Shown: positions 1 to 7,272, counted from the first letter of the stretch. The stretch: 9,593 bases of DNA from Octopus sinensis (GCF_006345805.1 NW_021827876.1:1-9593); one strand, 5' to 3'. A program made the numbers and translations. Notes: generated from the sequence alone by a model not told the origin.

Positions 1-246
1 GCATTAATGAATAAATGCAAGAAAGAGAAGGAAAAAGACGCAAAGAAGAAATGAACAAAGATGTATATGAAAGAATGAGAGGAAAGAGATAGATAGATAG
101 ATAGATAGAAAGAAAGAAAGAAAGAAAGAAAGAGAGAAAGAGAGAGAGAAAGAGTTAATGCATTAATGAATAAATGCAAGAAAGAGAAGGAAAAAGACGC
201 AAAGAAGAAATGAACAAAGATGTATATGAAAGAATGAGAGGAAAGA
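1..246. repeat. Exact 87-bp direct repeat (1-87 and 160-246, period 159) enclosing a (GATA)n/(GAAA)n/(GA)n purine-rich tract
   Basis: The 87 nt from GCATTAATGAATAAATGC to GAGAGGAAAGA occur twice with no mismatch by eye. The first copy is cut by the window edge, so the unit may be longer. 107-154 is purine-only. Confidence 0.92.
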
Positions 247-362
247 AGATGAAGGATTGAACACAAACCGGAAGTGGAACCCACATAGTAAAGTGAAATA
301 TTTAATATTGATTAATGGCAGAAGGAAGTAGTGGTAAAGGAACTAAAACTATTGGTTAATTA

Positions 363-791
363 GCGATGGTAATTATGGTGGTGGAAATGAAGGGTCTTCA
401 TAGTGTTTGGTAGTGTCGGAGAGATGATGATGGTGGTAGTGGTGGTAGGGAGGGAGGACATTGATACAGTTGTTGGTGGTATCGGCGACGGCGGCAGCAG
501 CAGCAGCAGCGTCAGTGGCGGTGGTGGTGGTGGTAATGGTGGTGGTGGTGGTGGTGGTGATGATAGTGGTGGTGGTGATGGTGGTGGTGGTGGTGGTGGT
601 AGAAGCGGTGGTGGCGGTAGTGGTGTAGGACGTGGTGACAAGGTATGGATGATGGTGGTTTAGGTAGTGGTAGCGGTTTAGGTGGTGGTGATGTAGGTGA
701 TGGTGGTGTTCTCGTGTTTGTAATGTTGATGGTCGTAATGGTTCTTGTTGCTGTTATTAGTTCTGTTGATGATGGTGATGATGATGTTGCT

Positions 792-851
<60 letters not shown>

Positions 852-907
852 GATGATGATGATGATGATGATGATGATGGTGGTGGTGATGATGGTGGTG
901 GTGATGA

Positions 908-941
<34 letters not shown>

Positions 942-950
942 GGTGGTGGT
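363..950. repeat. Compound trinucleotide low-complexity region: (GGT)n, (GAT)n, (GCT)n, (GCA)n
   Basis: Read directly. 789-950 is (GCT)5(GAT)11(GGT)5(GAT)9(GGT)3(GAT)2(GGT)3(GAT)8(GGT)8; 363-700 is degenerate GGT-rich sequence. This generates the poly-G/D/P/H/M ORFs on both strands. Confidence 0.95.
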
Positions 951-1251
951 ATGACATGGGTGTATGATATGTGTGTGTCTGTCCGTCTGTTGTCTGTGTG
1001 TGCATGTATGTTTATGGTGGTAGTGCTGGTGTCGTGTTGTATGAGTGTGGTTGCGGTGTTAGGGTTATTGTGTAAGAGCAAGCCATTCCTCACGGAGCAA
1101 TCCTTTAACACACGAACAATCGGTCGGATAACAGATTCATCCTCCCGGTTTACACCTTGTCCCTTCCTGGCTAAGATCCACATGACACGATCTGGCTCAA
1201 TCCGATTTGCTACAGTGAAAATCGCACGGGGTATGGTGTGTCATTTTAAAG

Positions 1252-1450
1252 ATATTACATATTACATATTTCAAAGACCTTCTCGAGTCCTACCGACTCA
1301 TAATGGCCGGTCTACCGGTTTTCATGTCGTATATATTTCCTACGTGGATGGGACGCCGGTCCTCAAGAACACAATGCATTGTCTGGTCCAGGAATCGAAA
1401 CCACGAGCTTACGATCACGAGTCTAACACCTAACCACTATGTCACGCTCC
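1252..1450 (-). mobile_element. tRNA-derived SINE, internally deleted; same family as 2258-2539
   Basis: Minus strand has an A-box-like TGACATAGTGG (1444-1434) and a B-box GGTTTCGATTCC (1402-1391). It then reads TGTGTTCTTGAG joined directly to GACCGGCGTCCC, and ends in an (AATATGT)n-type tail at 1270-1252. It aligns to 2258-2539 apart from a ~70-nt gap at ~1361. Confidence 0.8.
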
Positions 1451-1493
1451 TCTACAATGCACATGCATGCGTTTATGGTATGTTTATGTCTGT

Positions 1494-2099
1494 GAACTAC
1501 AGGATGTAGTCGAGTTTACGTATTTAGGTAGTAAGATAGCGTTTTCAGGCGGCACCGACGAAGATATTAAGACGAGAATAAATCAAGCAAGGACCGCTTT
1601 TCACCTGTTAAAGAAAGTCTGGAGCGCAAGGGTAATTTCAATAAAGAACAAAATAAGAATTTTTAACACTAATGTAAAAGCGGTGTTATTGTATGGGGCT
1701 GAGACATGGCGAACAACAGTTAAGTCAAATAAGCAAATACAATCATTCATCAACAGATGCTTGCGTAGTATACTTAAAATTAGATGGCCTGAACACATAA
1801 GCAATATGGAGCTATGGCAAAGAACAAATCAAGTTTCGATTAGGGAGCAAATATTTAAGAAAAGGTGGAAGTGGATTGGTAGCACAATTAGAAAAGACAC
1901 ACCAAATGTAGCGAAAAGTGCTTTATAGTAAAATCCGGTTAGATATAGAAAGAAAGATAGGCCTAAGAACTCGTGGTGTAGATCAACACAAAAGGAACTA
2001 GAGAAAGGGGGACATTCATGACAGAGTATAAGTACAGAAGCAAAAAATTATGCGACATGGAATTCAGTTATGAGTGGCCTATACTCCGCGTTGGAGGAG
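1494..2099 (+). mobile_element. Non-LTR retrotransposon (RTE clade, Perere-3/SR-like) ORF2 C-terminal remnant: end of RT plus C-terminal region, 5'-truncated, in-frame stops
   Basis: One frame gives ELQDVVEFTYLGSK...DIKTRINQARTAF...IRIFNTNVKAVLLYGAETW...FINRCLRSILKIRWP...ISNMELW...RWKWIG...AL**NPVRYRKKDRPKNSW...HS*QSISTEAKNYATW...SGLY. The FxYLG, LLYGxETW, RCLRxIL and WNPxGxRxxGRP motifs are typical of RTE ORF2. Stops are at 1926-1931 and 2019-2021; there is no frameshift. Confidence 0.9.
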
Positions 2100-2257
2100 A
2101 AACAAATGTCTGTTAATGCTATCGAGTGCGATGTTTGACTGTACATTTTTTTTCTGGTCTGGTTGGTAGTAAGAGGAGGCGTTAGATTTGGTATGTGTTA
2201 TTATAAAATCTGCAGTCGAGCCAGGTTTTCCGGTGATTGAAGTTGAATAGAAGTAGT

Positions 2258-2539
2258 GAAGGCGTGTGGGTTATTGTTGAGCGTGTTGCACTCATGATCG
2301 TTCGATCGTCGTTTCGATCCTCAGACCGGGCGGTGAGTCATGTTCTTGAACAAAACACCTCACTTCACGTTACTCCAGTCCATTCAGCTGTAAAGGAATA
2401 CCCATGGGACGAACCGGCGACCCTTTCAAAGGGAAGTTGTGATCTCAGGCATTTATACGCCTTGGAAACCGGTTAACCAGACCTATGAATCCCAGCACTC
2501 AAGACAGTAACATCCAGGGGTTCATGATGATGATGATGA
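2258..2539 (+). mobile_element. Decayed tRNA-derived SINE with CORE-like central region and (GAT)n tail
   Basis: Degenerate A-box at ~2267-2280 and B-box GTTTCGATCCT at 2311-2321. The middle GTTCTTGAACAAAACACCTCACTTCACGTTACTCCAGTCCATTCAGCTG resembles CORE-type SINE domains (from recall). (GAT)n tail at 2524-2539. Homologous to the minus-strand copy at 1252-1450. Confidence 0.75.
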
Positions 2540-2654
2540 AGTACATTGATCTATTTGATGGGACTGCTGAGGCTCAAATATTGCGGTTCACTGAACCAAG
2601 CTAGAGGTAATACAGTCATTACATTGAGGACTGTTCTGGTTCCGTCTGTCTTAC

Positions 2655-2912
2655 CTGCGTACAGTTCAAACTCCTTTATCACCTTCATCAAGTATTTTAC
2701 AATAACTTAGATTTCACATCCACCGTGTCCACCACCACTGTTAACTTCTTGGTCATCTCTGCTGTCTGCTGACCACAGTAATATTTCCATTCCCGTCTTC
2801 TATTCACCAACTGATTCTCGGTATGAGACGAGTGGGCGAGGCTGTTTGGGTACTGATCATTTGGCACCGCTGATTGGATATTCGGCTTGTTTTGACGACA
2901 GTACTTTTAGCG
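2655..2912 (-). other. Candidate 258-nt exon (non-coding or 5'UTR-containing)
   Basis: Acceptor ATGTATTTGCTTCCAG (2928-2913) and donor CAG|GTAAGA (2657-2649) bracket a non-repetitive stretch. All three frames contain stops. Such signals can pair by chance. Confidence 0.2.
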
Positions 2913-3111
2913 CTGGAAGCAAATACATGCACGCGTGAGCACGCACTGAACTATATACACTTACTAATATAGGGAGGAGGGAGAGAAAGAGAGACATTAC
3001 ACACAGACACAAGCATAACTAGATGCTTGCATACATATATACAGAGAGATTTGGGAGATAATGAGCGAAACATTAAAACGCCTAATATCAAATGAGTATC
3101 GAATCAGCGAT

Positions 3112-3181
3112 GCCAAAATAGCAGTGCCGTAACAGCTGCGCCATAACGGCTTTAACATAAGGCCTGTGCCAAAAATGTCTC
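3112..3181. repeat. Degenerate 14-bp tandem repeat, 5 units
   Basis: GCCAAAATAGCAGT / GCCGTAACAGCTGC / GCCATAACGGCTTT / AACATAAGGCCTGT / GCCAAAAATGTCTC starting at 3112, 3126, 3140, 3154, 3168. Confidence 0.6.
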
Positions 3182-3383
3182 ATACACGCTGACACTTACT
3201 CCTACCACAGCTTCTGAACCCCACCCCCCGCAAAATTCCGCTCCACTCTGTTACACCCTACTCAGAGCTTTCTCACGTTGCTGAGGGAATTCTCCTGAGG
3301 TGGAAAATTTAGACTAAAATATTCCGAGTAATTGTCAGAAATCTAGTAAAATACTGATGTAAAAATGTACAAATTTGCCTCAC

Positions 3384-4065
3384 GATTTAGCTTGAAATAT
3401 AGAATCGAGAGGAAACATTCTAACTTGAAACATACAGAATGATGACTAAAGATCGAGCTTAAACTACGCCGAATATCGGGACTAAACTATTAGCGTCAAG
3501 TACACAGACTCAAGATTTTAAATTTCACTTGAAACATACAGAATCGCGATTAAAGATTTAACTTAAATTACACAGAAACCAAACAAAAAATTTAGCTCCA
3601 AGCACGCAGAGTTACGATTAAAGATTTATCGTGAACACATAGAATTGAGATTAAAGATTTAACTTAAAGTACGCAGAAAACCAAACATTAATTTAGCAAC
3701 AAGCACGTAGAGTTACCATTAAAGATTTATCTTGAACACACAGAATTGCGATTAAAGATATAATTTAAAACACACAGTCGAGGCAAAAGATTTTTTATTG
3801 AAACACAGTATACTGATTAAAGATTTAATTTCGGAAATCTTTAGCTTAAAACAAAGAATTTAGATTGAAAACATAACTTAAAAATGCGGAATTTAAACGA
3901 AAAAATTAGTTTGAAGTACACAGAAATTTGAATCAAGCCGTATCTTGAAGCACACAGAATTTACTCTGAACATTTAGCTTTCAACAAACGGAACCATGAC
4001 GAAAGATTAAAATTCAGAAACAAAGAATTTGAAACGAGGATTTATGTCACAGCACAGACGGAATG
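3384..4065. repeat. Degenerate minisatellite/satellite, ~20 monomers of ~33-34 bp, with a ~101-bp three-monomer higher-order repeat
   Basis: A motif close to AAAGATTTAACTTGAAACACACAGAATTGCGATT recurs. 3555-3655 and 3656-3756 are ~87% identical. CTTGAAACATACAGAAT occurs exactly at 3424 and 3528. Confidence 0.88.
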
Positions 4066-4452
4066 AAAACAAAATATCCAGCATGGAGCATCGAGGGAAT
4101 CGAAACTTCACCAAGATACCTACCCCCTGCAAAGTTGGACAACATTCATACAAATGCCTGCAATTTAGCACACCTCATAAGAGAGGTAAAAAACATAATT
4201 GTAAACAATGCAAAGCGTCATTATGAATTAATATTCAAACCACCAATGTAACTGGTTCGATGGTTATACTAGGAGGATTTATGTGTTATGGCTGTTGTTT
4301 AACGAAGCATGTAATGAAATGGTAGATGGGAAATATCGAAAATATCCTTTATAATTGAATATAGAGTCAAAATGGAGTACGTGACGTGAGTAGAAATATG
4401 GACGCATTTTGATTGGTTAATACAAAATTAATACAAAAGGTTAGAACACACA

Positions 4453-4455
<3 letters not shown>

Positions 4456-4502
<47 letters not shown>

Positions 4503-4617
4503 GTGGGAGTGTGTGGTGGGAGTGTGTATGTATGAATAATACATATATGTATCTGTCTGTCTATCTATCTATCTCCCTCTCTATCTCTCTCTATGTATAT
4601 AGATATATATATATATG

Positions 4618-4689
<72 letters not shown>

Positions 4690-4886
4690 ATGAATATATA
4701 TGTGTATATGTGTGTATGTGTATATATATATATAAATATTATGTATATGTTATATGTATGTATATATATTATATGTGTGCATATATTCATATATATATAG
4801 ATACATATATAGATATATACAACCATCATGAATATATATATATATATATATATACATATATATATACATATATCTATATATATATG

Positions 4887-4918
<32 letters not shown>

Positions 4919-4965
4919 TGTATGTATGTATCTATCTATCTATCTATATATCTATCTATCTATCT
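4456..4965. repeat. Compound microsatellite: (AT)n, (GT)n, (ATCT)n, (ATGT)n
   Basis: Read directly. It generates the YIYI/CVCM pseudo-ORFs. Confidence 0.95.
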
Positions 4966-5428
4966 AGCCGATTGTTTATTCTGTACGTCCATTCTATTGT
5001 TGTTTGTTCCTTCGAAGCCCTAACTCTCCACAAATTTAACATTTTAAATTATTCTGGCTGCTGCTGTCTTACGAAGTATTCATATCTTGTCGTTAAAAGC
5101 ACGAAATGGGTAATAATAAACACTCGGCAACTGATGAGCGAGTTATCTTGTGATTTTTAAATTTTTTTTTTTCCTGTACTTAATATGCATTTTCTATTTA
5201 ACCGAATATATATCCGGATGGGGCAACACCCAGATTCTACTCGGGAGTACCCATCTATGATCATCTCTTCTCTCATTTGTAGACATCCATATACAGTAAT
5301 ATATATGGATAGTGAGTCTCTACGAGGTGTCATGCAAGCCTTCTTGGAGCTATAATTCAGCACAGGCATTGCAGGGTTATTGGGTCCGCACAACAGTCAT
5401 ACTCGTCTACGAGGTGACAGCCATGTAT

Positions 5429-5433
<5 letters not shown>

Positions 5434-5474
<41 letters not shown>

Positions 5475-5481
5475 CAGTAGT
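5434..5481. repeat. (AGT)n microsatellite
   Basis: (AGT)13 AGC (AGT)2, read directly. Confidence 0.95.
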
Positions 5482-5550
5482 GGGGTTCGATATAATCTAC
5501 TTGCCCCTCCCTTAAAATTTCAGTTCTTGTGCCTATAGTAGAAATAATAA
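5479..5550 (+). mobile_element. Isolated 3' end of a Nin/Deu-like SINE with (ATA)n tail
   Basis: TGGGGTTCGATATAATCTACTT matches CTGGGGTCGATATAATCGACTT on the minus strand at 5851-5830. The following CCCCTCCCTTAAAATTT...CTTGTGCCTATAGTAGAAA fits my recollection of this family's 3' terminus. Confidence 0.7.
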
Positions 5551-5663
5551 TGATTACTATTGAGTGAGAGATCAGAACATGCCATCAAAGTGACACTGTG
5601 TTAAAAATATGCAAAGCCCAATACAACCATTATGACCACTTGTCTGAGAAGGGTACACCAGGC
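5551..5663 (-). mobile_element. (AAT)n-tailed non-coding interspersed repeat (putative LINE 3'UTR or non-autonomous retroelement), copy A, 3' segment
   Basis: Aligns to 6511-6604 at ~80%, with CATGCCATCAAAGTGACACTG exact at 5578-5598 and 6520-6540. Strand is inferred: the three copies share the CTCAATAAT-tailed end. Confidence 0.8.
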
Positions 5664-5997
5664 CCAGTCATCAACTGGTACTTAATTTACCGACCTCGAA
5701 AGGATGAAAGGCAAAGTCGACCTCGGCGGAATTTGAACTCAGAACGTAACGGCAGACGAAATACCTATTTCTTTACTACCCACAAGGTGCTAAACACAGA
5801 GAGGACAAACAAGGATAGACAAACGGATTAAGTCGATTATATCGACCCCAGTGCGTAACTGGTACTTATTTAATCGACCTCGAACGGATAAAAGGCAAAG
5901 TCCCCCTCAGCGGAATTTGAACTCAGAACGTAAAAACAGACGAAAGACCGCTAAGCATTTCGCCCGGCGTGCTAACGTTTCTGCCAGCTCGCCGCCT
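5664..5997 (-). mobile_element. tRNA-derived SINE with Nin/Deu-like domain, partly dimeric, 3'-truncated
   Basis: Minus strand begins GGCGGCGAGCTGGCAGAAACGTTAG (A-box 5986-5974) with B-box GAGTTCAAATTCC (5924-5912). The second monomer reads GTCGACTTTGCCTTTCATCCTTTCGAGGTCGGTAAATTAAGTACCAG, similar to the Nin/Deu SINE domain from recall. There is an internal 93-bp direct repeat, 5673-5765 vs 5857-5949 (12 mismatches). Confidence 0.88.
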
Positions 5998-6078
5998 CAG
6001 AAAAAAATTATTCAAACCCCCAAAACTTCCTCTCAATACATGGTTATGATGCTCCATAACAACCCCGAGGGAGTCGTG
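5998..6078 (-). mobile_element. (AAT)n-tailed repeat, copy A, middle segment
   Basis: AATTATTCAAACCCCCAAAACTTCCTCTCAATACATGGTTATGATGCTCC aligns to 6785-6835 of copy C in the same orientation. Confidence 0.7.
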
Positions 6079-6271
6079 TGCAAGGTCATGCACTGGCTTT
6101 CTTGATATAAGACCACCATGTCACGCACATATGGTTGTGATGCATGTGCCTAGTGTACCAGTATCAGATGAGTAGTGAATGTGGGTATATTAGGCTTCGT
6201 ATATTTGTAACCCAGTGTCATTTTGATGACATGCACTGCCCTCTCACTCAATAATAAGACTAGTAATAATA
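6079..6271 (+). mobile_element. (AAT)n-tailed repeat, copy B, 5'-truncated, inserted antisense into copy A
   Basis: Reverse complement of ~6481-6673 at ~84%, with a 25-bp perfect match (6124-6148 vs 6604-6628). Ends in CTCTCACTCAATAATAAGACTAGTAATAATA. Confidence 0.88.
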
Positions 6272-6474
6272 ATCAGATATGCTTATATTGTCAGCCCAAA
6301 ATGGTCATACTCGGTTGGTTAAAGTCAAGAAACTGACAAGCAAATCTGCATTATTGAGGAAAATATTTGCTGTAAGACCTACTTTTACACCCAGACAAAG
6401 CATGTACATAGCACTTCCAATCAGTTACCATCACAAGCCACGAAATCCACTGTTTGGTACTGCAACAGGGCATT
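6272..6474 (-). mobile_element. (AAT)n-tailed repeat, copy A, 5' segment
   Basis: 6272-6380 aligns to 6854-6960 at ~75% (TGGTTAAAGTCAA, AACTGACAAGCAAAT, AATATTTGCTGTA shared). 6381-6474 has no in-window partner; its assignment to this family rests on recall of an Octopus repeat ending CAGGGCATT. Confidence 0.72.
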
Positions 6475-6480
6475 TAGTAT

Positions 6481-6960
6481 CATTATTATTATTACTATTA
6501 TTAATATTATTATTGAGTGCATGCCATCAAAGTGACACTGGGGTAAAATATACGAAGACCAGTATACCCATTATGACTACCCGTCTGATAAGGGTACACT
6601 AAACACATGCATCACAACCATATGTGCGCGACATGGTGATCTTATATCAAGATAAACAGCACATGACCGTGCAGGTGGGTCCAGTTACGATTTTCTTCTG
6701 GTCGAGTAAATCATCCCACTCAAAAGGTCCCTGAATAAGGGTTGTTTAAGGATGTTGAACGAAACACCTATGTTTCCAGAGGTGAATTATTCAAACGCCA
6801 AAGAATCCCTCTCAACACACGGCTATGTTGCTTCCTCACTACTTCTGTTCATGATCAGAGATGCACATATCGTCAGCCACTGAGGGACATGCTCAACTGG
6901 TTAAAGTCAAACAACTGACAAGCAAATACGTGGTATTGAGCAGAATATTTGCTGTAGCCC
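6481..6960 (-). mobile_element. (AAT)n-tailed repeat, copy C, 5'-truncated, ~480 bp, uninterrupted
   Basis: Contiguous sequence to which all other copies align. Tail at 6481-6513. No convincing ORF and no Pol III boxes seen. Confidence 0.85.
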
Positions 6961-6961
6961 A

Positions 6962-6962
<1 letters not shown>

Positions 6963-7012
<50 letters not shown>

Positions 7013-7022
7013 CATCATCATC
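6963..7022. repeat. (ATT)16(ATC)4 microsatellite
   Basis: Read directly. It abuts the truncated end of copy C. Confidence 0.95.
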
Positions 7023-7198
7023 ATTATTTAAAATAGCTTGATTCCGGTCCATGTTCGTTTCGTAGGCTCCCTGCATAAAGCTAGGCCATCGGACTGAGGA
7101 GTATATGAGCGTGTGTGTATGTACATATGCACACGTACGTGCACAAAGACACAGGCACACGCACACATATACGAGCGCACATGCGCGTCACTAATATC

Positions 7199-7227
7199 TA
7201 TGTATATATATTATATATATATATATA

Positions 7228-7272
<45 letters not shown>
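7199..7272. repeat. (AT)n microsatellite
   Basis: Read directly. Confidence 0.95.

Noticed and set aside
267-276. Perfect ETS-class motif ACCGGAAGTG
   Set aside because: Isolated 10-mer with no supporting promoter context or CpG enrichment.
360-1433. ORFs of 69-262 aa rich in Pro/Gly/Asp/His/Met/Ser on both strands
   Set aside because: They are translations of GGT/GAT/GCT triplet repeats that lack stops in several frames at once. The 262-aa ORF also runs through an antisense SINE.
1467-1928. 153-aa ORF as a functional gene
   Set aside because: The ATG and first nine codons come from flanking low-complexity DNA. Homology continues past in-frame stops, and the RT catalytic core and endonuclease are absent. 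It is a dead LINE fragment.
2700-2810. Minus-strand peptide EWKYYCGQQTAEMTKKLTVVV reminiscent of an Ig-domain F/G strand
   Set aside because: The DxGxYxC pattern needs a frameshift and still has wrong spacing. No correctly spaced upstream Cys/Trp, and the frame is closed by stops.
3384-4065. Satellite as a CRISPR array or an 11-aa repeat protein
   Set aside because: Monomers are contiguous and degenerate with no unique spacers, there are no cas genes, and the context is eukaryotic. Unit lengths vary out of frame and stops are frequent.
4029-4226. ORF ending YKCLQF...HKRGKKHNCKQC, superficially like a C2H2 zinc finger
   Set aside because: No complete CxxC-x12-HxxxH unit or TGEKP linker. The ORF begins inside the satellite.
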